A DNA stretch of 64,000 nt, taken from contig DATIGP010000098.1 of NCBI GenBank assembly GCA_035454625.1, positions 9,391-73,390 of the forward strand. The letters are read 5' to 3'. The notes under the pieces are model-generated. The model did not search any database and was not told where the DNA came from. It worked only from the letters and a program-made list of their open reading frames with translations. This DNA comes from Nitrospira sp. (GTDB lineage: Bacteria; Nitrospirota; Nitrospiria; Nitrospirales; Nitrospiraceae). The position numbers and the translations under genes were made by a program. Positions 8,810 to 18,194 of this stretch are shown piece after piece; position 1 is the stretch's first letter, and the number at the start of each line of letters is the position of its first letter.

Positions 8810-9892
8810 GTGATTCTCCTCAATCCCGGTCCTGTGAATGTCTCTGAACGGATACGGCAGGCTTTGGTGAAGCCCGATATCTGCCATCGGGAAGATGAAT
8901 TCTACGAATTGCTTCACCGCATCCAAGCCAAGCTGCTCAAGGCCTTTGTCCCAGGAGCTGAGTCGGACTACGTCGCCGTCGTGATGACGGGATCGGGGAC
9001 GGCCGCCGTCGAAGCGGCCTTGATGTCGTCACTCCCTCACGGCCGCCGTATGCTCATCCTCAATAACGGCGTCTATGGTGAACGGATGTCTCAAATCGTG
9101 GGGCTCAATCGTCTGGGGGTGAGCGAGTTGAAGTATGAATGGACGAGTCGTCCCGATCCGGAAAAATTGCTTCTTGCCTTGCGACAGCACCAGGAAGTGC
9201 ATGCCGTCGGCATGGTGCATCATGAGACCACCACCGGCCTCCTCAATCCCGTCCACGAGATCGCCGAAATCGTCGATAATCAAAATCGGGTATTCGTGCT
9301 CGATGCCGTCAGCGCTCTGGCGGGCGAGACGATCGACATTGCACGGTCGCACATCTATATGGTGGCGGGGACGGCCGGAAAGTGTATCCAGGGGTTTCCA
9401 GGGGTCTCCTTCGTGCTCGTGCGGAAGGGGTTCATCGAGAAAATGCGCTCGTACCCGAAGCGCTCGTGGTATCTCCATCTCACCCATTACATCGACAACG
9501 ACGGGCGAGGCACGATTCCTTTCACGCCCGCGGTACAGGTCTACTATGCTTTCGACGAAGCGCTCGACGAGCTTCTCGAAGAAGGCGTGGCCAATCGCAT
9601 CCAACGGTACAAAAAGATGGCGGCCCTGATCCGTGAACGAATGGCTAAGCTTGGTGTCAAGGCCCTTCTTCCGGCGGACCGGCAATCGAATACCATCACG
9701 GCCTATCACCTGCCGGATGGTATGTCCTACCGGACGTTACATGACCGCCTCAAGCAGCAGGGGTATGTCATTTATGCCGGTCAAGGCAACTTGGAAAACA
9801 AGATCTTCCGCGTGGCCAATATGGGGGCTTTATCCGAGGCGCAGTTCGGCGGGTTCCTCGACGCCTTCGAGCACGTGTGCAAATCATCATGA
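8810..9892 (+). CDS. Class V PLP aminotransferase, 2-aminoethylphosphonate transaminase-like (AepZ/PhnW family)
   Basis: LLNPGPV, GSGTAAVE, NNGVYGER, HHETTTG, DAVS, PLP lysine in GKCIQGFPG, PFTP, IYAGQG. Confidence 0.88.
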   Translation: MILLNPGPVNVSERIRQALVKPDICHREDEFYELLHRIQAKLLKAFVPGAESDYVAVVMTGSGTAAVEAALMSSLPHGRRMLILNNGVYGERMSQIVGLNRLGVSELKYEWTSRPDPEKLLLALRQHQEVHAVGMVHHETTTGLLNPVHEIAEIVDNQNRVFVLDAVSALAGETIDIARSHIYMVAGTAGKCIQGFPGVSFVLVRKGFIEKMRSYPKRSWYLHLTHYIDNDGRGTIPFTPAVQVYYAFDEALDELLEEGVANRIQRYKKMAALIRERMAKLGVKALLPADRQSNTITAYHLPDGMSYRTLHDRLKQQGYVIYAGQGNLENKIFRVANMGALSEAQFGGFLDAFEHVCKSS

Positions 9893-10608
9893 AGGCCGTC
9901 ATCCTTGCAGCGGGGGTCGGAAAACGTCTGTGGGAGGTCACCCAACACCGTCCGAAATGTCTCATCGAGATCGGGGGGCGTTCGCTCCTGCGGCGCTACT
10001 TGGAGTCGCTAGCCTCCGTCGGCATTCGCCGCGCGGAGATCGTCGTCGGGTACAAACAGGAGATGATTCGTGCGGCGGTCGAGCAGGATGCGTGCGGTGT
10101 CAAGGTCACGTTCTTGGTCAACGAACAATTTCACAGAGGCAGTATTTCGTCACTGTGGATTGCCCGAACGGCGCTCGATGACGATATCATCGTGATGGAC
10201 GCCGACGTGCTGTTTCATCCGGAGATCCTCCGGCGTCTGGTGTCCTCGCCCTCTGAAAATGCGTTGTTGATGGATGAGACGGTAAAGCAGACCGGAGAAG
10301 AATGCATGGTGGTCGTGGCGGGGGGGCGAGTGATCGCACTGACAAAGAACATGCCGGAACAGTATGACCATGCCGGTGAAGGGGTGGGATTTCTTCGGGT
10401 TCGGCATGCCGACACGCCTCGCGTCGTCTCATCGCTCCGAAGCTGCATCGACAGAGGCTCGTGGGATATGGAGTACGAAGACGCGCTGCGGCAGTATTTT
10501 CAGGACGTGCGGGTCGGTTATGAACGGATCGGGGGACTGCCTTGGACCGAGATCGATTTTATCGAAGACGTAAGAAAAGCGGAATTGGAAGTTTTGCCAA
10601 GATTATGA
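9889..10608 (+). CDS. Phosphocholine/phosphonate cytidylyltransferase-family nucleotidyltransferase (LicC/PntC-like)
   Basis: MKAVILAAGVGKRL...PKCL, MDADV, GEGVG, WTEIDFIED. ATGA overlap with the aminotransferase. Confidence 0.87.
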   Translation: MKAVILAAGVGKRLWEVTQHRPKCLIEIGGRSLLRRYLESLASVGIRRAEIVVGYKQEMIRAAVEQDACGVKVTFLVNEQFHRGSISSLWIARTALDDDIIVMDADVLFHPEILRRLVSSPSENALLMDETVKQTGEECMVVVAGGRVIALTKNMPEQYDHAGEGVGFLRVRHADTPRVVSSLRSCIDRGSWDMEYEDALRQYFQDVRVGYERIGGLPWTEIDFIEDVRKAELEVLPRL

Positions 10609-10629
10609 GAAAGTCATCAACATGGTAGG

Positions 10630-12132
10630 ATGTCCGAGAAAACGAAATCTGCGCAAGGGACCACCGGGCCAGCAGACACAGTTGTCGATGGAACCATGAG
10701 TAAGAGCGTCCTTCAACGGAAGGCCGAAATCCAAGGACTGGCGACGGCGATTCTGTTGCCGTCTGAAGGGGTCTTCGGCGGTCCGACCGACCAACCCGTA
10801 GGCGACGTGGGGCCCCTAACAAGCGTCGTGGGGATCGGGCTCTTTCAACGAACCGTGCTCACGTTGCAACGGGCCGGGATTCGCCAATTAATCGTCCTTT
10901 CCGGTTCGGAGGAGGAGCAGCTGAAACAAGCGCTCGGCAAAGGGCCGCGCGTCACGATTCCCGTCCGCTGGATGCCGATCCGTGAATTTCCCCTCGATGA
11001 TCCTCGGACATGGGAAGCCTTGGCGGCCGAAGTGCATGGCTTTGCGCTGATTACGGGCGTCAATAGCGTGTTCTCTCGAGGGCTGATCGAACAGCTGCGA
11101 CGCGACGTGCAGGACGGCCAGGCCATCGTGGTCTCCCAAGCCTCACCGGAGCAGGTCGATCGGGTCATGGTGCAAGGCGTGCGATCGAAAGTCCGGTCCG
11201 GTCGCCCGGCGGCCCTCGCTCTTCCTTGTTTCGACGATCCGGCCCTGCGTGTCGCTGAGCTGGTCGTCGTGCCGGCAAGCCTGATGAGCAACGCCAGTCA
11301 AGCGGCGAGCGAGAAGGGAGGCCCCCCGATCCGCCAGTGGCTGGACCGGGCCGCGGCGGATGGTCGAGTGCGTATTGTCTCGGCTGGAGAAAAGCGGGGG
11401 AATTGGTATCACGCAGTCCGGACCAGGGCCGACGTCCAAACGGCCGAAAAGAAGTTGTTCAGTTCGCTCAAAGGTGAATTCGAAGGCTTTGTCGATCGCT
11501 ATTTCAATCGCAAGGTCTCTCGCTGGTTCACGCGCCTCTTTCTCGTCATGGGGCTCTCCCCCAATTCCATCACGGTCCTCGCCGGATTGATCGGTTTGGT
11601 TGCCGCCGCCGGCTTTGGAATGGGTACGTACAGCACCGGTATCATGGCCGCCCTCTTGTTTCAATTGGCGGCTGTCATCGATTGTTGCGACGGAGAAGTC
11701 GCGCGGTTGACCTTTACCGAATCGCCCTTCGGTGCCTGGCTCGATATTGTCTTGGACAACATCGTGCACATGGCGATTTTTGGCGGCATTGCCGTGGGAC
11801 TTTATACGGCCCACATCGGACAGGCAGATGACTGGGTCCCTCTCGCGCTGGGTGTGGCGGCGGTGTTCGGCAACGGCCTCTCATTTTTACTTGTCGAAAG
11901 AGCGCAAAAGGTTAAATCGCTGAATGGCTGGAGAAGCCCGGCCCATGCCGCGTGGGCGGACGTCATGTTGAAAAATGTCGCCAGCCGGGATTTCTCAGCG
12001 GCCTTACTGGGCTTTGCCCTGTTCGATCAGCTCTATTGGTTTCTACTCTTTGCAGCAGCAGGCTCCTGGCTGTTTGCCGGCGCCATGATATGGGTCATCC
12101 GCCCATCTGCCGTCTCATCTCCTCGGCCATAA
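10630..12132 (+). CDS. CDP-alcohol phosphotransferase with a large N-terminal nucleotidyltransferase-like domain
   Basis: Signature DCCDGEVAR-x8-GAWLDIVLD, GFVDRYFNR and SPNSIT, with multiple TM helices. N-terminal VVGIGLFQRTVLTLQRAGIRQLIV resembles a degenerate NTase. Confidence 0.85.
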   Translation: MSEKTKSAQGTTGPADTVVDGTMSKSVLQRKAEIQGLATAILLPSEGVFGGPTDQPVGDVGPLTSVVGIGLFQRTVLTLQRAGIRQLIVLSGSEEEQLKQALGKGPRVTIPVRWMPIREFPLDDPRTWEALAAEVHGFALITGVNSVFSRGLIEQLRRDVQDGQAIVVSQASPEQVDRVMVQGVRSKVRSGRPAALALPCFDDPALRVAELVVVPASLMSNASQAASEKGGPPIRQWLDRAAADGRVRIVSAGEKRGNWYHAVRTRADVQTAEKKLFSSLKGEFEGFVDRYFNRKVSRWFTRLFLVMGLSPNSITVLAGLIGLVAAAGFGMGTYSTGIMAALLFQLAAVIDCCDGEVARLTFTESPFGAWLDIVLDNIVHMAIFGGIAVGLYTAHIGQADDWVPLALGVAAVFGNGLSFLLVERAQKVKSLNGWRSPAHAAWADVMLKNVASRDFSAALLGFALFDQLYWFLLFAAAGSWLFAGAMIWVIRPSAVSSPRP

Positions 12133-12156
12133 TGGCGCGTCCGCCATTCGACTAAC

Positions 12157-13164
12157 GTGTTGCGCTACATTTTACTGGCCCTTGGCCTCATCGTCCTGAG
12201 CCTTCTCGTCTGGCATATCGGTCCCGCCAATATTTACGAGGCCGCGACACGACTCGGTCCTACTGCCTTGCTCGCCGTCCTCATCCCCTCGGTCGTCATG
12301 TATTCCGTTGAAGCCTATGGGTGGAAAGTCGTGTTGGGACGAGCCGCCCGTGGAATTCCGTTTTGGCGACTGCTGACGATTCGGACCGCCGGCGAGGTGG
12401 TGAATATGACGACTCCGACGGCCTATCTGGGAGGCGAACCGCTGAAAGCCTATCTGCTCAAAAGACACGACGTGCCCATGGCGGAGGGAGCCGCGTCGGT
12501 CGTGATTGCGAAGACGACCATGACGATCGCCGAAGTGTTCTATATCCTCACGGGTATCGCCCTAGCTTTTTGGATTTTGGGGGCCGGCAGCTCCGCGGGG
12601 CAGACGATCACGGCGGCACTGCTGAGTGTTGGATTGCTCGTGTGTTCAATCGCGGGATTTGTTTTTATCCAACAGCGCGGGCTTTTTGCATCGATTCTGT
12701 CATTGGTGAAGAAACTGGGCGTACGAATCCAGTTTCTGGAAACGCAGGAGGAACACCTGCGCTCGATCGACCAGACGATCCGGAATTTCTACAGCCACCA
12801 TCAAAAAGCCTTTTATGCTTCGATGGGGGTGTACTTTTTGGGTTGGATGGCAGAATCGTTGGAGGTGTTCGGGATCATCTACTTGCTCGGCGGTTCGGTC
12901 AGCATCTTGTCCGCCCTCTCCATCGGTGCGCTCGCGGTGTTCATCAAGGGCGGCTCTTTCTTCATCCCCGGCAGTTTGGGCGCTCAGGATGCCGGCAATC
13001 TCCTGCTGCTCCAGGCTTTCGGCTACAGTGACGTGACAGGCATCACGTTTGCGCTGCTGCGGCGGTTTCGTGAGCTGGTGTGGATCGGCATCGGGCTGTT
13101 GTGCTTGGCAATGGTAGGAAAAGCCCGGATACCGCAGGCTCAAGAAGGGGAAAATTCTTCCTGA
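12157..13164 (+). CDS. Lysylphosphatidylglycerol-synthase TM / flippase-like protein (UPF0104/AglD2 family)
   Basis: Polytopic membrane ORF with GEVVNMTTP..LGGEPLKAYLL, IPGSLGAQD and LLRRFRELVW. Confidence 0.8.
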   Translation: MLRYILLALGLIVLSLLVWHIGPANIYEAATRLGPTALLAVLIPSVVMYSVEAYGWKVVLGRAARGIPFWRLLTIRTAGEVVNMTTPTAYLGGEPLKAYLLKRHDVPMAEGAASVVIAKTTMTIAEVFYILTGIALAFWILGAGSSAGQTITAALLSVGLLVCSIAGFVFIQQRGLFASILSLVKKLGVRIQFLETQEEHLRSIDQTIRNFYSHHQKAFYASMGVYFLGWMAESLEVFGIIYLLGGSVSILSALSIGALAVFIKGGSFFIPGSLGAQDAGNLLLLQAFGYSDVTGITFALLRRFRELVWIGIGLLCLAMVGKARIPQAQEGENSS

Positions 13165-13625
13165 GCAATGGTCCGAAGCCGTTCGAGCATGCGATCCCAC
13201 ACAAAGCCGTGGAGCCGAAAATCCGCCGCCCGCTCCACCTTGTGAAACTGAAGTCCCATTCGATTCCCCAGGACCCATCGGACCTCCGCCTCTTCAACCG
13301 GGAGTGACTGTGTTTGATCGGGGAGGATCAGCCGTATACGGAGTGTGGTCCGCTGCGGCGCGGCACCGTCACACTCGATCGCACAGCCGAATACCGTGAG
13401 ATTCATCACCTTCCCTTCCGCGATCGTTTCCGCATCGGAAAACATCACGGGATACTGCACGGCGAGAGGGACTCGGTAGTGATTTCGAAAATAAGGACGT
13501 GTGGGTTCCACGGTGGCCCAGTCTAGTCGGCCTCGCGCGGCAGAATGAATCCCCCTTTCGCGGGGACAAGCAGCGTTTCTCGGAGTTGCCCGGAGCCTTA
13601 CACGATGAAGGGCGCGCCCATTCAC
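13140..13625 (-). CDS. PilZ-domain protein
   Basis: RNHYR and NLTVFG motifs; AEVRWVLGNRMGLQF. Confidence 0.75.
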   Translation of the reverse strand: MNGRALHRVRLRATPRNAACPRERGIHSAARGRLDWATVEPTRPYFRNHYRVPLAVQYPVMFSDAETIAEGKVMNLTVFGCAIECDGAAPQRTTLRIRLILPDQTQSLPVEEAEVRWVLGNRMGLQFHKVERAADFRLHGFVWDRMLERLRTIAQEEFSPS

Positions 13626-14020
13626 GCCGAGTAGTGCTTATTCAGGAGTTCACGTTGGAATTGGATGATATGCCTGATCAGCAGTTCTCGATCTTGATTG
13701 GCTATCCTGACGAAGCGTCCGTGGAGGCGGTAGGTGTTGGATGGATAGGTGATGGGATCGACGCGCAGCACCTCAAGAGACGACTTGAAGAGCACTTGGC
13801 CGGGAAGGAGCAGGGTGCAGGTGAGGATTGCGCCCACCTCGAAGACTTGGTTTAGGGTGATGCCGATGCCGCCTCCGCTGATGTTGACGGACCGCTGGAG
13901 GAGCGTGGCCTCCGCCTCGTCGCCCTCAACCTGAAGACAGATCGGCAAGGGAACGGTGATGCGATAAAACTCTCGACGATCTTTTGGAGACGGCTGCGGA
14001 GGCGGGGGATCCGATGGCAT
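13622..14020 (-). CDS. PilZ-domain protein
   Basis: REFYR and NISGGG motifs. Stop overlaps the next PilZ start. Confidence 0.8.
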   Translation of the reverse strand: MPSDPPPPQPSPKDRREFYRITVPLPICLQVEGDEAEATLLQRSVNISGGGIGITLNQVFEVGAILTCTLLLPGQVLFKSSLEVLRVDPITYPSNTYRLHGRFVRIANQDRELLIRHIIQFQRELLNKHYSA

Positions 14021-14207
14021 GGTGCGGAGGAGTATAGCAAAAAGCAGGATGATTAGAACGGGCCCGTTGATTGAAGGCGTACGCTCGGCTATTCGTCATT
14101 ATCAGGACCCGGCAAAGTCACAGGAATTGGGCATCTATATCTGCGGCGATCCAGGTGGGCCAGAGTGTGAAGGATTTGTATCTTAAAATTGCTGTAACGG
14201 GTATGCA

Positions 14208-14481
14208 AGTTTCTTGAAGTCGACGCATTCGCATTAATGTTTCGCCACTGATCCACTCTCATCGAGCTGGCATGAAAGGAGTAATCAATGGGTCGTTCTT
14301 TATCCTGGGGGCCAAGTCAGACATAGTGGTAAGAAATCCCTTTGACGCGTAGTTGCCCTGAAAAACACCTATCAATGCTCTCACATCATGGGCTGTCACC
14401 AAATGGACAGGCTTAAGGCTGTGTTTGATCAATGATTCGGACCCTTCCTAAGCCATAGTTTATAGCGATTATGTCCCGGCC
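14208..14481 (-). pseudogene. Decayed fragment of an Mrr-like (PD-(D/E)xK, QxK type) restriction endonuclease C-terminus
   Basis: Manual translation: GRDIIAINYGLGRVRIIDQ / frameshift ~14424 / KPVHLVTAHDVRALIGVFQGNYASKGFLTTMSDLAPRIKNDPLITPFMPAR*EWISGETL, with an internal TGA at 14261-14259. AT-richer than the flanks. Confidence 0.65.
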
Positions 14482-14578
14482 ATGTGTTGCTCGCTGTCCT
14501 AGGTCCCTCGCGCTCGCCCACCTAACGGGTCCCATGAATCACACGAAAAGATGAATGGTCCGTGGTGAGCCGTGGTGG

Positions 14579-15896
14579 CTACGGCTGATGCCCCACCCGA
14601 CGGCCGATGACGTCCATCATGGGTTTGATGAGGGGTAGTTCTTGGAAGAGTTCGTGGGAAATCGGTTCGACGTCCCGCGCCTCCTTGAGCGGCTTCATAA
14701 AGAGGACGGTCACGGCGAGGCGCAGAAGACCCGAGGCCAAAAAGATGACCGGGAGGTTCGAAGCGAAATGCACCTCGAAGGATCCGATAATTATTTCGGG
14801 CGTGAGCACGGTACTGAGCCATCCGCCAAGCATGGTCCCCATAAACGTGCTCGTCGCAATAACACCATTGCTCAGGGCGACCGCGCCGGCCCGCTCTTCA
14901 CTCTTCACGAGGTCGTAGACGATGTTCTGAAGCCCGAGACTGAAGCCGGACCAGAGCATGCCCGCCAAGCCATTGATCACGATGAGCCACCACACGTCTT
15001 CTGTCGTGAGGTAAAGCAACGGCAGGATCGGCAGTCCGGAACCCGGTCGTCATCAGCAGTTTGCGATTTCCGTACAGATCGCCGATGCGGCCCCAACCGT
15101 TAATGGTGAGAAATCCCCCGATGACCGAGGCTGCGGCCCACAGGGAATATTCCATGTACGACAGATGCAAATCGCGAAGCAGGTAGACGGCGAAGTAGGG
15201 ACCGGCGAGCAGGGCGCTGATATGCATGAAGCCGGAAAACAGCAGAAAGCGCATGAAGGCTTCGTGTCGCCCCGCCACGACAAAGTCTTTGAAGCGAAGG
15301 CTCAGGTGCTCAGTGACCGGCCCATCGGATTCATCGAGTCGCTGAAGATAATGGGCTGCAAGGCCACGGGCAACCGCAGCAAGCAGGAACAGGATGGTAA
15401 ACCCGACCCAGGTCGCTTGCAGGTGTTCGGTCCAGCTCAACAGCAGTCCTCCCCCGATCAAGGCGGTAAAGCTTATGGCCGACGTGATACGGGCGCGCTT
15501 GGCGAAATATGTCCCACGGGTGTCGGGATTGAGCAGGTGGGTGATCAAACTGTTCCAGGCTGGAATGGAGAAATGCCCTACGACGACGAGCGGCACGGCG
15601 CAGGCGATAACGAGGGTGGCGCCGTATTCCGGAAAGATAAATGGAAGGATGAGCAGCGGCAGCCAGAGGGCGGCCTGTGCCGCGGCTCCGGCGACGACGA
15701 TCAAGCGCCGGTGATCGAACCAACGCAACCACATGACGGATCCGAATTGAGCAAAGGTGCCGACAAAGGCCGGTAACGCATTCAACATCCCGATCTGGGA
15801 GGTGGTGGCATTGAATGTGAGGGAGAAGGCGGTGAAGAAATTTTCCCCGGCTCCCTGCATGACTGCCGTGCAAGCGCCGCCGGACGGCAGCGGCAT
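14579..15896 (-). pseudogene. MFS transporter split by a frameshift
   Basis: ORF 14898..15896 (VMQGAGENFF..., WGRIGDLYGNRK motif A) continues in a shifted frame at ~15039 (GF/GLPILPLLYLTTE) into ORF 14579..15019. Confidence 0.75.
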
Positions 15897-16050
15897 CCGA
15901 TTGCGGGATGTCCTGCGGAGTCATCGAGATACTGTCCGAACAATTATCGAAGGTAGACATTGTTGCCACCATACCCAGTGATGCGGTTCTTGGCAACCTT
16001 CATGTGGGGAAATGACAGTACAGCCGGGTGATTGTGGTACTATGCCGCCC

Positions 16051-18054
16051 ATGAAGATCGCCTCCATGCTTTGGTTCGTCCTGTCGATATTCGGGGCCTT
16101 TGCCCTGGCTCAGGTTGCAGGGTTTATCAACCCACAGGAGAAGGTGAACGGTCTCTGGTTGGTCGTGGCGGCGGCGTGCATCTATGTGCTGGCCTATCGA
16201 TTCTATGGCAGGTGGATTGCCGGGCGAGTCGTCGAACTGAACAACCAGCACGTGACGCCGGCCGTGCGGTTGAATGACGGCGTGAATTTTCATCCGACCA
16301 ACAAGGCCGTGCTCTTCGGCCACCACTTTGCGGCCATTGCAGGGGCGGGACCCCTGCTCGGTCCGGTACTGGCCGCGCAGTTCGGATTCATGCCCGGATT
16401 TCTCTGGCTGGTGATCGGGGCCGTGCTGGCGGGAGCCGTTCAGGACTTCATCATTCTGGTGGCTTCCATGCGACGCAATGGGCGTTCGCTCCCCGAGATT
16501 GCCCATGATGAATTAGGCTCGATCACTGGCACGGCGACGGCGACGGCGGTGCTGTTTATTGTTGTGGTGGCGTTGGCGGGGTTGGGCTTCGCCGTCGTGA
16601 ACGCGCTCTACCACAACGCTTGGGGTACGTTTACGATCGCCATGACAATTCCGATCGGCCTGCTCATGGGTTTTTATCTCCAGAAATTTCGTCCCGGCGC
16701 CGTGGCGGAAGTGTCGGTGCTTGGCGTGGTTCTGCTGATTGCGGCGGTGCTGTTCGGTCGTGTCGTCGCCCAGTCCTCCTATGCCCGGCTCTTCGAGTTC
16801 GACAAGCCGTCGCTGGTGTGGCTCCTGGCGGGCTATGGCTTTCTCGCCTCGGTGCTGCCGGGCTGGATGCTGCTGGTGCCGCGCGGCTATCTTTCGACCT
16901 TTATGAAACTCGGCGTGGTGTTTCTGCTTGGGTTCGGTGTCATCTTTATGGCGCCCACCATGGAGATGCCTCGCGTGACGACGTTTGCCGGAGGAGGCGG
17001 GCCGATTATTCCCGGTACGCTCTTTCCCTTTCTCTTCATCACGATTGCCTGCGGAGCGATCTCGGGCTTTCACTCGCTGGTGTCATCCGGCACGACGCCG
17101 AAGATGATCGAGCAAGAGTCGCAGGCGGTGGTGGGGTATGCAGCGATGCTGCTCGAGAGCTTTGTCGGCGTGATGGCGTTGATTGCGGCATCGGTGCTGA
17201 TTCCCGGAGATTATTTGGCGATCAATACGACATTGGGTTCTGATGCGCTCGCGGCCATGGGGTTCGCGCCGTCGCGGATTACCGAGTTGTCACAACTCGT
17301 CGAGGTGGATGTGGCCGGACGTCCCGGTGGAGCGGTGTCGCTGGCGGTCGGCATGGCCTCCATCTTTTCAGCGTTGCCGGGCATGGCCGGTCTCATGGCT
17401 TATTGGTATCAGTTTGCACTGGTGTTCGAGGCGCTGTTCATTCTCACGACCATCGATACCGGAACACGCGTAGCGCGGTATCTCATTCAAGAAATGGCCG
17501 GACGGGTCTATGCCCCCTTTCGCCGGATGAACTGGGCGCCGGGTGTCATGTTGAGCAGTGGCCTGGTCGTGGGAGCCTGGGGTTATTTGATCGGGACGGG
17601 GAGCATCTCGACGATTTGGCCGATGTTCGGCGCTGCGAACCAACTGCTCGGCATGCTGGCACTCTGCATTGGCACTACGGTATTGATCAAGATGTCGAAG
17701 TCCTCCTATCTCTGGGTGACGGCGCTGCCGATGCTGTTTGTGGGCGTGATTACATTGACCGGATCGTATGAGATGTTTTGGATGTTCTTGAAAAAAGCCG
17801 GAAGCTTGGAGGCGGGACAGGCCTTCGCCCTCTATCTGGACGGGGCGTTGGTGGCGCTGGTGGCGGTGATGGGCGTGATCGTGCTGAGCGACAGTATCAG
17901 GCAATGGTACGGCTACGTAGTCTTGAAGAAGCCGTTTACATCAAGCGAAGTCGTCGTGATGGCGGGCGGCGGGACTGCTGGACGGATGCGCACGGTGATT
18001 CATTCTGATGAGGGGAAGACGTTTAAGTTGCCGCATGGAACGGGGTGTTGTTGA
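16051..18054 (+). CDS. cstA: Carbon starvation protein A (peptide/pyruvate transporter)
   Basis: TPAVRLNDGVNFHPT, FGHHFAAIAGAGPLLGP, PRGYLSTF, ITIACGAISGFH, IWPMFGAANQLL. Confidence 0.95.
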   Translation: MKIASMLWFVLSIFGAFALAQVAGFINPQEKVNGLWLVVAAACIYVLAYRFYGRWIAGRVVELNNQHVTPAVRLNDGVNFHPTNKAVLFGHHFAAIAGAGPLLGPVLAAQFGFMPGFLWLVIGAVLAGAVQDFIILVASMRRNGRSLPEIAHDELGSITGTATATAVLFIVVVALAGLGFAVVNALYHNAWGTFTIAMTIPIGLLMGFYLQKFRPGAVAEVSVLGVVLLIAAVLFGRVVAQSSYARLFEFDKPSLVWLLAGYGFLASVLPGWMLLVPRGYLSTFMKLGVVFLLGFGVIFMAPTMEMPRVTTFAGGGGPIIPGTLFPFLFITIACGAISGFHSLVSSGTTPKMIEQESQAVVGYAAMLLESFVGVMALIAASVLIPGDYLAINTTLGSDALAAMGFAPSRITELSQLVEVDVAGRPGGAVSLAVGMASIFSALPGMAGLMAYWYQFALVFEALFILTTIDTGTRVARYLIQEMAGRVYAPFRRMNWAPGVMLSSGLVVGAWGYLIGTGSISTIWPMFGAANQLLGMLALCIGTTVLIKMSKSSYLWVTALPMLFVGVITLTGSYEMFWMFLKKAGSLEAGQAFALYLDGALVALVAVMGVIVLSDSIRQWYGYVVLKKPFTSSEVVVMAGGGTAGRMRTVIHSDEGKTFKLPHGTGCC

Positions 18055-18194
18055 GGGCGGCATGGTTCATCTCTTGGTCGCGCCCGCATACTGGATCTAT
18101 TGAATTAAAAAATCACGGCGGTGCTCAGTGCATACGCAGTGAAAGATCATCATACCGCCCTTCCTGGGGGGGACGAGAAAAGAAGGAGGATATT

